Source: the human T2T-CHM13v2.0 reference genome, Homo sapiens
DNA: 64,000 nucleotides
Assembly: GCF_009914755.1 (NCBI RefSeq)
Contig: NC_060926.1
Direction: 5' to 3' (one strand)
Shown: in pieces, positions 1-13,572 of the stretch
Numbering within the stretch: position 1 is the first letter of the stretch
How the letters are laid out: each line of letters begins with the position of its first letter
Made by a program: the position numbers and the translations under genes
Notes under the pieces: model-generated
Databases searched by the model: none
Seen by the model: only the letters and a program-made list of their open reading frames with translations
Told to the model about the DNA's origin: nothing

Positions 1-331
1 AATTTTTTAGTAATTTTGTGCATGGAACAAAGCGAACCTTCAGAAAGCAAAGGTGTCACAATCGCAGCCACCCATGTGGACAATCTGTGGTTGTTTGGCA
101 TCACCATCACTCCTGACTCTGAATTTATATGCTACCGATAGGCAATCATTTTCTTACCATTATTCACATGTAAATATTTAAGAGTAAAAAATCTTACATA
201 TCATTAATAGAGTGAAAAAATAATGTACTCATGGTAATTAAGCAGCATAGTAGCATCACCAGAACACCTGGATCAGCTGCAAAACAACAGCAACAAACAA
301 CGGCAGGCTTTTGTTGTCATTTTTAGTGGGG

Positions 332-657
332 TTTGTTTTTTGTTTTTTGTGTTTTGTTTGTTTCTGAGACATGGTCTCACTCTGTCACTCAGGCTGGTGT
401 GCAGTGGCACGATCATGGCTTACTGCAGCCTCAATCTCCCTAGGCTCAGGTGATCCTCCTGCCTCCTGCCTCCATGCCTCCTGCCTCTGCCTGGGACTAC
501 AGGCACATGCCACCATGCCCAACTAATTTTTTTTATTTTTTGTAGAGATGGTTTTCGCTATGTTGCCCAAGCTGGTCTCCAACTCCTGGGTTTGCCATTC
601 TCCCACCTCAGCCTCCAAAACTCTGGGATTAAAGGCATGAGCCCCCAGGGTCCAGCT
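332..657 (-). mobile_element. Alu (old, AluJ-like) inside the Tigger
   Basis: T-rich tail followed by GAGACATGGTCTCACTCTGTCACTCAGGCTGG...GGGATTAAAGGCATGAGCC. Confidence 0.85.
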
Positions 658-1052
658 AATATGTTTTGAATAAAAAGTTACTGTGTGCTGTACTTTATTT
701 CGTAGGTGAGAAGAAACATCAGAAGCAGTTGAGGGCCCAGGAAGTGGGTCTTGTAGAGATGAGGAGGTATTCTGCTGGATGGCTTTTAGAATGTTTCCTC
801 CAGAGTCCTCTGCCTTATTCACAACTGTTTTTGTCTTAAAATCTCTCTTGGATTTTATAAACTGACATGATTTCTTGCTCTGTTAAACTGCTCCAGCCCT
901 TCAATAAGCCCATCACACATTTTCACCACATGGTCTATAGGCACTTTTTCTGCAGTGTTACATTAACAATAACATCTTCATATCTCTATTATTATGATCA
1001 ACTAGATTTAGAGCCATTTTGGCTTTTTCACCATCAGTAAATGAATGAACAA

Positions 1053-2449
1053 CTAGAGTCTCCTTATTGATCTTGAAAACTTCTTCAATATCCACTTCTC
1101 CCAGCTTAGAGACAGATTCTGGAGGTTGTTTTTTTTGTTTGTTTGTTTGTTTGCATATGTAAGGGGGTCAGACATTGCTTTTTTCCCACTTGACATACGG
1201 AATCCTTCAAAATCACCACCTTGTTCATTGTCATCACTGAACATAGTTGCAGGCCAGACATTGTTCAAGGCCTACACAACTGTCTTCACTGTGTTCCAAG
1301 CATTTGCGACAGCATATATGGCATCCTTCTTGCTAAACTTCTTTTGAAAACCTTTCACACCCACACTTCTGTTCACTGCTGTTAGCATACTGTTCAAGAA
1401 AGAGTTTTTATATTTACTCTTTGTTGATTTAAGGATACCCTGGTCACATGGCTGAATTAATAGAGCCATGTTTGGGGAAAGTACATGGCATAAACATTAT
1501 TTTTTATGAGAATTTCAGCCAGAGGATGAGCAGAACAGTTGTCAAGAAATAACAAAATCTTGCAGTCAACATCTAGTTCAGCTTCCCAGCAGTGAGAACA
1601 AGCCACTGGTACAAAATGTTTGTGAAGACAATCAGAAAAGATGTCCCTAGTGATTCATGCCTTTCTGTTAGCATAATAATAAGCTGATAAATTCTTTCCT
1701 TGAAAACAGCAAGAATGCAAGCTTTTTCCTATCACAGCAAGTGTACACTTAGCATGCCTGCCACATCAGCACATCCCAGCACAGTTATTCTCTCTGTGGC
1801 ATCCTTAATTCCTGCAAGGTCTGTCTCATTAGCTGTAGTCAGTGTCTTTTGGGGGCAATAATACTAAAACAATGATGCTTCATCAGCATTATAGACTCGT
1901 CCTGGCATCAGATTTTCATCAGCAATGACCTTGGCAAACTCATCAGTGAATTCCTCCACTGCTTTGTGATCAGCAGATGTTTCATCACCAGAAATCTTTA
2001 AAAATGTAATGTTATGTCTTTTCTTACATTTCTGCAAAGAATCTGTTGAATATTTACAGTTCCCTTTAATTTTTAGTTCATTGTGACACATCTTTGCTTG
2101 TATCATGATCAGCATACCATTAAGGGGCGTGTGTTCATGGCAATGCTGATAGATCCACTCTTTCAATACACAATTGGGATCTTCATTTTTAGCTTTATGC
2201 AGTGTTTTTCTATGTTTCATTAACTTCTTCTGTTCATCACTCTCAGTGTAGAGCCTCAACAGTTTATCCTTCTGTTTCTTCAGGTCATATATAATGGCCA
2301 TTCAAACACTATACTCTTCTGTAAGACGTTTTGCATTTGCACTGCTCTCCAGCTTTTTCAACAGCTTGACTTCCTGTGCTATACATATAAATGTTTCCTC
2401 TTTTTGTTTTGCTGTTACCCATAAAGGTGTCTGCAGGCCTTTTTGACAT
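1053..2449 (-). pseudogene. Disrupted Tigger/Jerky-like transposase (CENP-B HTH + DDE), broken by stops and frameshifts
   Basis: Probable ATG at 2449 (MSKRPAD). ORF 1864-2301 has IYDLKKQK...LKEW...PLNGMLIMIQAK...VYNADEASLF; ORF 1272-1469 has LIQPCDQGILKS...AVANAWNTV. These motifs are typical of the pogo/TIGD/JRK family. Confidence 0.85.
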
Positions 2450-2800
2450 TTTCAAGAACATCTCTTCACTACAGGAAGAGAATTAAAAAAAAAAAAAATG
2501 AATAATGCACACACCGTCAGGCCTTGTCCCCACGTACTGCATTGTGGGAAAGCTGCCATTGGCACATCCAACCTGTACACATGTCATTTTGTTACCCTTT
2601 GTGGGTGTGCTTGTGTGAAGGAACCTAGGCATGGGCAGAAAAGATACATTGCAACTGAAGGGAACTGGGACTGTCTTTTTTCCCTTGGGGACTCCAAATA
2701 AACCGTGTGTTGTACACCTGCATTTTAACTGTGACCCATCATATGAGGTGTAAATTTTCCACTTGTGATATCAAGTCAGCACTCAAAAGTTTTGGATTTT

Positions 2801-2977
2801 GAGCAAAGTGTGGTGGTGCATGCCTATAGTCCCAGCTACTCAGGAGGCTAAGGTGGGAAGATATTTGAGCACAGGAGATCAAGGCTGCAGTGAGCTATAA
2901 TTGCACCACTCACTGCACTCCAGCCTGGGCAACAGAATGAGACCCTGTCTCTAAGAAAATAAAATTGAATAAAATGT
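2801..2977 (+). mobile_element. Alu monomer (right-arm/FRAM-like) inside the Tigger terminus
   Basis: Alu right-arm sequence with TSD AAAAGTTTTGG(A/G)TTTT at 2785-2800 and 2978-2993. Confidence 0.85.
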
Positions 2978-3551
2978 AAAAGTTTTGGGTTTTGGAGCAT
3001 TTCAGGTTTTGGACTTTCAAATCAGGGATGCTCAACCTGTAATGATATCAGGGACCCTATTTGATGGTAGAGGAACTTCTGGGGGGCTTGTTCCTTGGTT
3101 CTCACTTGTGTTGGACACATGTGAAATTACCAAGTAAGTGGCATGTGGACAAGCAAGAATAGCTTCTCTTTTAAGGTATGTGTGTAAACTGATGCAGCTA
3201 CACAGATCTCCAGCACACACACACAGAGGCAGTCTCTAACTTACCACATTTACCTACAGGAAGAGCCAACCCCAACCCTCCACTTCTGAGCTCATGTTGC
3301 TCTAGGGCAATTATAAACAAACAAATGAAACTCCAAGATCAAAACATCTCCTGAGAACCCAGAACAGATGAAAAGAGTAGAGCAAGAAACTAAGGAAAGC
3401 AGAAAGCCTTGAGGGCAGAGGTTTGCAACCTCGAGTGCACATTAAAATCACCTAGGGAACTTTAAAATATGCCCTTGTCCAACCATACCAAAACTCCGAG
3501 TTCTTTGGTCTGGGACAGGGGTTTGGTGGTGTTTTCTAAAGCTCCCAAGTG

Positions 3552-3872
3552 GGCCAGCCATGGTGAGTCACGCCTGTAATCACAGCCCTTTGGGAGGCTT
3601 GAGGTGGGAGGATCATTTGAGGCCAGGAATTCAAGACTAGCCTGGGCAATACCGCGAGACCTCCTCCTCCATCTCTACAAAAAAAAAGTTTTAAAAGTTG
3701 GCCAGGTGTGGTGGTGCACACCTGTAATCCCAGCCACTTGGGAGGCTGAGGCAGGAGGATGGATACCTTGAGCCCAAAAGTTCAAGGCTACAGTGAGCAA
3801 CGAAATCATGCCACTGGATGACAAAGCGAGACTCTGTCTCTTAAAAAAAACACATAAAAATAAAAATAAAAA
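3552..3872 (+). mobile_element. AluJ-like element inserted in a MER5-like hAT fragment (~3415-3920)
   Basis: Dimeric Alu with TSD AAAGCTCCCA(A/G)GTG; flanks read as MER5-type GCTCCCAGGTGATTCTAATGTGCAG. Confidence 0.8.
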
Positions 3873-4315
3873 AGCTCCCAGGTGATTCTAATGTGCAGTT
3901 AGAGTTGGCAACCCTAGCTTAGAGTCTGGCCTCAAAAGTTTCACTTTACTCTCAGAGTAAATTCCCTAGAGGTTCGCTTTACATTTCTACACTGCCAAAT
4001 AGCCTGAGAATTAGAGACCTGTTATTGTTCACCAATATCTTCACATTAAAAGTACTTCCCTCCACTTCTTGGAGGGGAGTAAATCATCCATTTACAACTA
4101 AATGTTCATTAGTTTCTCACTAATTGAGTTCTAGGTCAATGAAGGAAGAAAAGTTGGCAAATGTGGTAAAGGGCACCTGGGTTGACTGTGTGTGCCACAG
4201 CCACAGCTGAAGAGTCTAGGACAATGGTTTTCAACCAGCCAGCCCAAACTATTAAATCTGATCCTCTGGAGCAGGGCCCAAGGGTCCAAGCATCACCCTC
4301 CCTCTCCTCCCCACC

Positions 4316-4474
4316 TTTTTTTAAAAAAGAGACAGAGTTTTGCTCTTTCGCCCAGGCTGAAGTGCAATGACATGATCATAGCTCACTGCAACCTTGAATT
4401 CCTGAGCTTAAGTAATCCTCCCAACTCAGCCTTCCAAGTAACTGGAACTACAGGCATGTGCCACCATGTCTGAA

Positions 4475-4519
<45 letters not shown>

Positions 4520-4617
4520 TATAGCTTGAAAGAGAGTCTGGCTATGTGTCAAAGCTAGTCTTGCACTCCCGTCCTCAAGTGATCCTCCCACCTCAGACTC
4601 TCAAAGCAAGCACTGGG
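4316..4617 (-). mobile_element. Diverged Alu whose middle linker has become a (CA)n microsatellite (~4477-4511)
   Basis: Alu arms on either side of about 17 CA units. Confidence 0.8.
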
Positions 4618-4757
4618 CAGCATCCATATTTTTAAAAGCTCCCCATGGGAGTCCACTGAGCAGCCAAGGATGGGAACCACCAGTCCAGTGGGTGAAAGTA
4701 TCAGGAAGCAGAACATTAGTACAGGAAAGTAGAAGAAAGATATTACCTGTTGTCAGT

Positions 4758-5092
4758 GTTGAGGCTGAGAGCACAATACCCCCAAAATACAGTGCTTTGG
4801 CATATGCTGAGCACTTTTGAATTAAAGGATACTAGAAGGCCTCAGAAGCTCTCTCAGAACCAACGATTTTCTTACTTTCTCTTTTTTCTCCGTCCACCAA
4901 ACCCCAACTACGAAGCACAGGGAGGTGCTCTCTCTGGAGTTCCCTTATGTGACTAGGGAAAACTTCTTCCAAAAAAATGCAATTTCTTAAGACCCTCTCC
5001 TTAGAATGTCATCAAATACGCAGGAAATACTAATTACTGGAGAAAAGAAAAGACTAAAAGTAGTCATCATGCCCAGGTGAATGTTTTTTTTG

Positions 5093-5128
<36 letters not shown>

Positions 5129-5808
5129 TTTTTTTTTTTTTTTTTGAGATGGAGTTTAACTCTTGTTGCCCAGGCTGGACTTCAATGGCACGATCTCAGC
5201 TCACCGCAACCTCCACCTCCCAGGTTCAAGCGATTCTCCTGCCTCAGCTTCCTGAATAGCTGGGATTACAGGCATGCACCACCACACCTGGCTAATTTTG
5301 TATTTTTAGTTGAGATGGGGTTTCTCCATGTTGGTCAGACTGTCTCAAACTCTTGTCCTTAGGTGATCCACCTGCCTTGGTCTCCCAAAGTGCTGGGATT
5401 ACAGGTGTGAGCCACCACGCCTGGTGTGGATGTTTTACCTATTTTTCTGAGGGCCGCTCCAAGAGATTACTTGGGAGACTTTATCTGCATAGTAAGACAA
5501 CCTTTGTTCATAATGAGATTCCGCCCCTTACCTTCCCACCATATGACCCAGTGCCCAGAGAAACTTTGTCCCAGACCATTGTCTGTCTTCTGGCCCATTT
5601 ATTCCCCTTGAAAATCATTTACTAACCTCTCACAATTTCCTGCATTCTGCAATGAAGAGGGCACTATTTAAGCTTTGGCCTTCTGGCCCTTCTTCGGGTC
5701 TCATGTTATATATGACTCCTGTTCTTATGCATATCAATACGTTTGTACGTTTTTTCTCCTTTTAATCTGTCCGTTGTCAGTTTGAAGGAAAATTATCTCT
5801 GCCACTAC
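4758..5808 (+). mobile_element. ERV1 solo LTR (MER39/MER34-group-like) interrupted by an Alu
   Basis: Starts TGTTGAGGCTGAGAGCACAATACCCCCAAAATA...GCTTTGGCATATGCTGA; 3' part has a poly(A)-signal-like region and TTTTTCTCCTTTTAATCTG. Confidence 0.6.
5128..5424 (-). mobile_element. AluS with (TG)n microsatellite (5097-5126) at its tail
   Basis: Full Alu in minus orientation; TSD GTG(A/G)ATGTTTT on both sides. Confidence 0.9.
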
Positions 5809-6162
5809 TTTGAGGGGGAAAATTTTTTCCTCTGCTCTCTTAGGTTTGTTGACTGTGGGTCTGCAAATTAAACTGACGAAATACAGATTAGAAAGAGAAA
5901 AGATAGATTTTAACAATATACATACGAGAGTTCTTGTATGTAATAATATACGTACAAGAAAAAATGTGCCTCAAGGAGATGGTTAGAATTTTGGGTTTAT
6001 ATACCATCTGACTAGGGGAAGGGGGCAGAAAGGACACTTATAGGAAAACAAATGACTTTGGGGAAAAGTAAGTGGGCCTTTAGGAGATAGGACAGTCTTG
6101 TGGCAACATTTGTTTATATGTAGTGCTGACTTCTAGTGTGTGATGATAAGAATCAATCTTTA

Positions 6163-6466
6163 CCTGGGTGTAGTGGCTCATGCCTATAATCCCAGCATTT
6201 TAGGAGGCTCAGGTTGGAGGATAACTTGAAGCCACGAGTTCAAGACCAGCCTGGGCAACATAATGAGGCTCTGTCACTACAAAAAAAATAAAATAAAATA
6301 TTAACCAGACATAGTGGTGCAAGCCTGTGGTCCTAGCTACTCAGGAGGCTAAGGTAGGAGAATTACTTGAGCCCAGGAGTTTGGGGTACAGTGAGCCACA
6401 ATGATAGCACTGCACTCCAGCCTGAGTGACAGAGTGAGACCCTGTCTCTTAACTAACAAACAAAAA
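6163..6466 (+). mobile_element. AluJ-like element in the outer LTR
   Basis: Dimeric Alu; AAGAATCAA repeated on both sides. Confidence 0.85.
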
Positions 6467-6951
6467 GAATCAACCATCCCTGTTGTTCTTGGGGGAGTAA
6501 TTTATGACAACTGAATTTGAATAGTAGTAGAACATACCACTCCAAAATGTGCCACTTTGGCATAGAATTATTTTGACCTGAAGGCAATTGAGAAGAAGCA
6601 AATACAAGAAAAGCTTTCTGCCCTCTCCCCATTTGCCTAAAAGCAGGATAGAAATTTGTAAAGATGTCCTCCCTCCCCTTTCTACCAGGAAAGACAGAAG
6701 TTAGTCACCAGAGAGCTGGAGATGATCCTAGATTCTTATCATCCTGGAGACTCCCCAAAGGAATCTACATAGCAAACCTTGCTAACTAGCCCTTATGTAC
6801 CATTAATCTCCCTATATATTTCCCTTCCCGCATATTGCTACTCTAGAAACTCAAAAGTCTTTTTCCTTTGTCTTGTCACTTCTCTAAGAACTTATTGCTC
6901 TTTCATTAAGATGCCATTTTAGTCCATTTGCATTGCTATAAAGAATATCTG

Positions 6952-7403
<452 letters not shown>

Positions 7404-7985
7404 TCACATGGTGAGGGAGGAAGGAAGAGTAAGAGGAGAGGAGCTGTTGAGCTCTTTTCAATAACCAGATCTTGCAGGAACTAAGAGTGGGAACTCACTC
7501 ACTCTGGTGAGAATGGCACCAAGGCATTCATAAGGGATCTTCTCCCACAATCCAAATGCCTCCCACCAGCCCCACCTTCAACACTGGGGATCAAATTTCA
7601 ACAGGAGAGTTGGTGGGGCCAAACAAATCATATCCAAACCATAGCATTCTGCCCCTGGCCCCCCATGTCTCATGTCCTTCTCACATTGCAGAATATAATT
7701 ATTCCTTCCAATAGTCCCCAAAAGTCTTAACTTGTTCCAGCACTGACTCAAAAGTCCAAAGTCCCATCTGAGACACAAGGCAAGTTCCTTCCAGCTATGA
7801 GACTGTAAAATCAAAAACAAGTTGTTTACTTCCAAGATAAAATGGTGAAACAGACATTGGGTAAACATACCCACTCCAAAAGGGAGAAATCAGCCAAAAG
7901 AAAGGAGTAACTGGCCCTATGCAAGTCCAAAACCCAGCAGGGCAGACATTAAATCTTAAAGCTTCAGAATAATCTCCTTTGACTC

Positions 7986-8403
7986 TGTCACCCTAAAGGA
8001 AAAAACTGAGGCAAACTTAATAGAAATAGGGAATTTATTTGAGCCAAGCTTGAGGATTGCAACCCAGGGGTATAGATTTGCCCTGAATATACACTCTGAG
8101 AAGCAGCAGTTACAAGTGGATTTTTAAAGGAAAAGAAAGGCAATTCCTAAGTTGTTTACCAAGCATTTGCATTAAAATAAGATAAGATATTGATTGGCTA
8201 TACATTGTTCTTTGTATCATGAATTCCAGGAACATGAAGGTAATGAGTGAGACAGCTAGTTAGGAACAAGATGTCTTTCAACAATTGTCCCCAGGGATGG
8301 GTGCAGGGGAATGAAAGGGAGGTGAGAAGTAGGATGGGATGAAAGTCCCATGCTCATGTCTCTCACATAGCTCAGACTGCCCTAAGCTATTTTACTTTTC
8401 TCA
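7986..8403 (-). mobile_element. ERV1 solo LTR (MER4-group, MER49-like) inside the MaLR internal region
   Basis: TG...CA termini, 4-bp TSD ACTC (7982-7985, 8404-8407); the host sequence CTTTGACTC|CATGTC is restored on removal. Confidence 0.75.
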
Positions 8404-11017
8404 ACTCCATGTCCTGCATCCTGGGTACACTGGTGCAAGGGGTGGGCTTCCAAGACCTTCGGCAGCCCTGTGTCCATGGCTTTGCTAGGTAAAGCCTACA
8501 TGGCTCCTCTTACAGGTTGAGGTCTAATGCCTGTGGCTTTTCCAGGCTGAGGTTGCAAGCTGCTGTCCCACAACTCCACTAGGCAGTGACTCAATGGGGA
8601 CTCTGTGGGGACTCCAACCCCACATTTTCCCTTGGCACTGACCTAATAGAGGGTTTCTGTAGGAGCTGTGCTCCTGCAGGAGTCTTCTTCCTGGGTACTC
8701 AGTCTCTCTTATACATCTTCTTAAATCAAGATGGAATCAGCCAAGCCTCTACCACTCTTGCATTCTTCATGCCTGCAGACTTAACACCATGTGGAATCTG
8801 TCAAGGTTATAGCTTGTGCTCTTCCAAGTGGTGCCCCAAGCAGTTCCTGGGACCCTTTGAGCCATGGCTGGAGGTGGAGCAGCAGGGATGCAGAGATCAT
8901 CATCTTGAGATGGTGCAGGGAAGTGGCATCCTGGGCATGGCCCCTGAAACCATTCTGTCCTCCCATGCCTCTGGCCCTGTGATGGGAGAGGTGGCCTCAA
9001 AGATTTCTGAAATGTTTTGGGGGACTTTTTCCCATTGTTCTGACTATTAGCACCTGGCTTTCTTTTATCCATGCTAATCTCCCTAGCAAGCGGTTGTTCA
9101 GCCAGATTCCTCACCTGAAAATGCTCTTTTTTCCTGTGCCACTGGCCAGATTATGGATGTTCCCAATTTTTATGCTCTGCTTCCCCTTTAATTGTAAATT
9201 CCAACTTTAAGTCATTCCTTTGCTCTCAAGTTGATTTAAGTTGTTAAAATCAACTTGTCACTAATCAAATACTATGCTGCTTAGAAATTTCTTCTGCCAT
9301 ATACCCTAGGTCATCACTCTTATATTTAGCCTTCCACAAATTCCTAGGGCATGAACACAATGTGGCCAAGTTCCTTGTTAAGGCATAACAAGGGTGACCT
9401 TTGCTCCAGTTCCCAATAAGTTCCTCACTTCCATCTGACACCTCCTCAGCCTAGACTTTGCTATCCATATTTCTATCAGCACTTTGGTCACAACCACTTG
9501 ATTAGCCTCTAATATTTTAAGTTCTAAACTTTCCCTCATCTTCCTGTCTTCAGCTGAGCCCTGCAAACTCTTCCAACCTCTGCCCCTTATCCAGTTCCAA
9601 AGCCACTTCCATATTTTCAGGTATCTTTATAGCAATGCCTACTCTCAGAATCAATTTTCTTAGTCTTTTTGTGTTGCTATAAAGGAATACCTGAGGCTGG
9701 GTAGTTTATACAGAAAACAGGCTTATTTGGCTCATCATTCTGCAGGCTGTGCAAGAAGCATGGCATCAGCCTCTGCTTCTGGTGAGGCCTCAGGAAGCTT
9801 CCATTCTTGGTGGAAGGTGAAGGGGACCCAGTGTCACACTGTGAGAGAGGATGAAAGAGAGGGGAGGAGCTGCCAGGTTCTTTTCAACAACCAGTTCTCG
9901 CAGGAACTAAGAATGAGAACTCACTCACTCCCATGAGAATGGCACCAAATCATTCATGAGGGATCTGTCCCCAGGATCCAAACACCTCCCACTAGGCCCA
10001 CCTTCAACATTCATATTTCAACATGAGACTTGGAGGAGCCAAACAATCCCTATCCAAATCATAGCCGATGCTGTACAAACCCGAGTTGTATCCCCCTTTT
10101 GAGTTTGCTCACACAAGCGTAATACACATGTTAATAAACTTTTGTTTGCTTTTCTCTTGTTAATCTTTCTTTTGTCAGTTTAACGTACAGGGGGCCAGAC
10201 AATGAACCTAAGATGGGTAGAAGGAAAACAGTTTTTCCGCCTCTAGAAGTTCTTCTTGGGAAGCTCTGTTTTTAGGCTGATAAAAGGTTTAGGACAAACA
10301 AAAACAAAACCATTCTCATATGCCTTCAATTCAAAATAACGTGTATGTCATAGTGGTATGTTCTGGGCCCCTTCACTATGAAACAGCTGTGGCCAGGCCT
10401 ACTCTCCTTTAACTGTCAAATAGAGCAAATGTGTATGTTTACCCTGGGGCACCATCTGTCTCCTGGACACCCCTTGCTCAAACCTCAACTCTAGCCCCCT
10501 CATTCATCTTCAGTGGGGAAGGCTGATGCCAGAGGGGAGGACAGAGAAGACATTTGAGCATTATGCACCTGGGACACAGGTTGTGCACACCTTCCAGCCC
10601 ACTAGTACCTTATCCTAAGCATGTTAATACACTCCCCATCTCTTATCCTGCCTTCCTGCTGCATGTTTTCAATTGATCTAACATGCCGTGTGACTCAGGC
10701 AGCCTAATTTGCCCTATGAGCCTTTCTATTTTGTGACCTCTGTCTCAGCCTGTCTGGTGCTGTACTTAGAGGCTTCCATAGCATAAAGATAATTCTCTAC
10801 ATGACAGAACTTGGACAAAGATATTCATCAGTGTGGTTGGCTGAGGGGGACTCTGAAGCGACCTAGTTGTTCACCACTAAAATGAACAAATAAAATGCAG
10901 TGGATGAATAGCAGGGTAATCACAGCAGTGAGAGGCAGTGAACTAGATTAGGAGCTTACAAACTTTTTTTATCATGAGCCACAACATAGAAATACTTTTT
11001 ACATTGTAACATGGGAT

Positions 11018-11062
11018 CTATCTATCTGTCTATATCTATCTATCTATCTATCCATCCATCCG
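11018..11062. repeat. (TCTA)n/(TCCA)n compound tetranucleotide microsatellite
   Basis: CTATCTATCTGTCTATATCTATCTATCTATCTATCCATCCATCC. Confidence 0.85.
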
Positions 11063-12460
11063 TCTTTGAAAAAAATTCATAAAAATATATTTAATTATGT
11101 CTGAGGCACTCTGACATTTTCTATTCATTTTTAATAAATGTTAGTTATGGTCCCACCAAATTCGTTTCACTAGTCACTAGTGGGGCCTAGCCTTTCATTT
11201 GCAAAGCACTGACTTCAATGTACATGTACATCAACAGAGATGGTCTTAAATCATGCTGTTGGGGAAGAATAGTAGGAAACAGAACAAGATTTATAGCACA
11301 ATGCAACTCAGGAAACAAAATCCACACACACACACACAAGGATACACACCTGGTTACAGATATATATCAAACACATTAGAGGGCGTGCCACTATAGGGAA
11401 TGAAAATAGAGTCTGAGGAAACACATGAAAAACCAACCCTAGAAGGACCTTGAATGTGAGGATTCTGTCAATATGCCATGATCTGAGAAGAATGGTTAAT
11501 GGGCTCTGAACCAGAGTCCAGCCAAACAAAAAGATGGGGTGGAGGTGGGTTTCCTGCTGGAAAAGAAATTTGAGAATCATGTAAATATTCACAAAGTACT
11601 TAGGAGCTGGAGAATATTGTATTTAGAATTCTTTAAACGTATCATTAAAATGGGTTCATAAGGATACAATATCTTCTGGTGCAAAGTTGGAAGAGAGAAG
11701 GGTCCCCTCGCCATCAGTGTAGGTGAGACCAACTGAAAGGAAGTGTAGGCTTAGAAGTTTGCAGTCACAGAACAAGGCTGGCCAGTGTACCCACCACTTG
11801 CTTCAGAGGAGGGGGCCTGGGACCAGGGACACCTGCCCCCAAGGAAGAGCTCTCTGTTGGGTGGACAGCCCGGCCTCAGTGCTAGCCCCTTCTTGTCCAT
11901 AGTCCCTGTGACCCAGGAGGCCATGCTTAATGCCACATGACCCTGCCCCCAGCCCTTGGTCACAGCTTTTGGGGATAGCGTTGGGCCCCTAGCTCTGGAG
12001 GAACCAGCTCTCAGACTGCTGGGTTATCATTAAACCAAGCAGCCTAGCTCGACTGGGCTACAGAGATTCTCCCTGAGGAATCTGAGCCCAGAAGTGGAGA
12101 GATCATTTGCCACAAGGGGTGAGGGCTGCTGTAGAGCAGCCATGAGCTGGAGTCCAGGCAGGAGGCTGCAGTGGGTGGCGAGGTGGGGAAGGCAGATGGT
12201 GGTGGGATAGCGAGATGCAGATGTTGCAAGCATGGCTGGGTTATCATCTCACCAGCACAGCAACAGAGCTGGTCTTACAAGCTCAACTCTTACGAGGGCC
12301 AGCAGATGACATAGAGGATGGACAGAGCCAGGCGTAAGACTGGTGGGGCCCACAGAGCATAGCCTGTCCATAGGGCAGCACTGCAGGGCTGTGGCCATTG
12401 TTCTCATGTGGCCAAGTGATCCTCAGGGTTCCAGATTGTCTCATTTTCAAGAGAAGCCAG

Positions 12461-13038
12461 GGTTGGGGCTCAGAAAATGATACCCCAAAATGTGGCGCTT
12501 TGACTTACTGACCTGAACAAAAAGCCTCTGACGGTCTCTCTGATCTTCCCCGGCTCCATCCTTACTCTCCCAAAGAACAGAGTGAAATTGTTCTCTGAAG
12601 TTTCCTAATCTGCCTGAAGTCTGGACCCACTGAAGAAGAAAACAATGGCTCCTGGTCCTTTCCCTGAGTTTTCATTAACTGAACTCATATGGCAGGAAGA
12701 CCGAAGTCTGTCAACACACCTGGGCAAGCTTTTGTCACAAACTATTGTCTGCTCTGCAGGCTCAACAGACTCTGTTCCAGGCCATTGTGTGTTCTTCAAG
12801 ACCACTGAATTCCCCTAAAGATCACTTAGCACCCCTCTGAAATCATTCATACTTCTCCATCTCCCTCTCCCCTAGAAAGAAGTGTACAGAACCATCTGTA
12901 CCCCATCGTGTGGTGGGGTGACCACTCTGTGATTCACCCCCTTGCATGCTAATACATTTCAGTGCCACAACTCCTTTTGCAAGTTGACTTTTCAGTAAAC
13001 CTTCAGAGGGTAAGAGAAGTTTTTCCTTGACCCCTACA
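12461..13038 (+). mobile_element. ERV1 solo LTR (MER39/MER31-like) inserted in a MER102-like hAT fragment
   Basis: Starts (G)GTTGGGGCTCAGAAAATGATACCCCAAAATGTGGCGCTTTGAC, ends CCCCTACA; TSD CCAG (12457-12460, 13039-13042). Confidence 0.8.
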
Positions 13039-13092
13039 CCAGAAATCCAGAATTTAGCATAAAATCCTCTACTTTTTTTTTTTTTTTAACTA

Positions 13093-13572
<480 letters not shown>

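Larger units (their letters stand above)
1..3039 (-). mobile_element. Tigger4/Zombi-like (pogo/TcMar-Tigger) DNA transposon, near full length, decayed, truncated by the window edge and interrupted by two Alus
   Basis: Terminal sequence reads CAGGTTGAGCATCCCTGATTTG on the minus strand from 3039, flanked by TA (3040-3041). Minus-strand ORF remnants encode pogo transposase motifs. Confidence 0.8.

Noticed and set aside
8586-9114. 154-aa and 115-aa ORFs in the MaLR internal region
   Set aside because: Decayed MaLR internal sequence with no intact gag/pol motifs.
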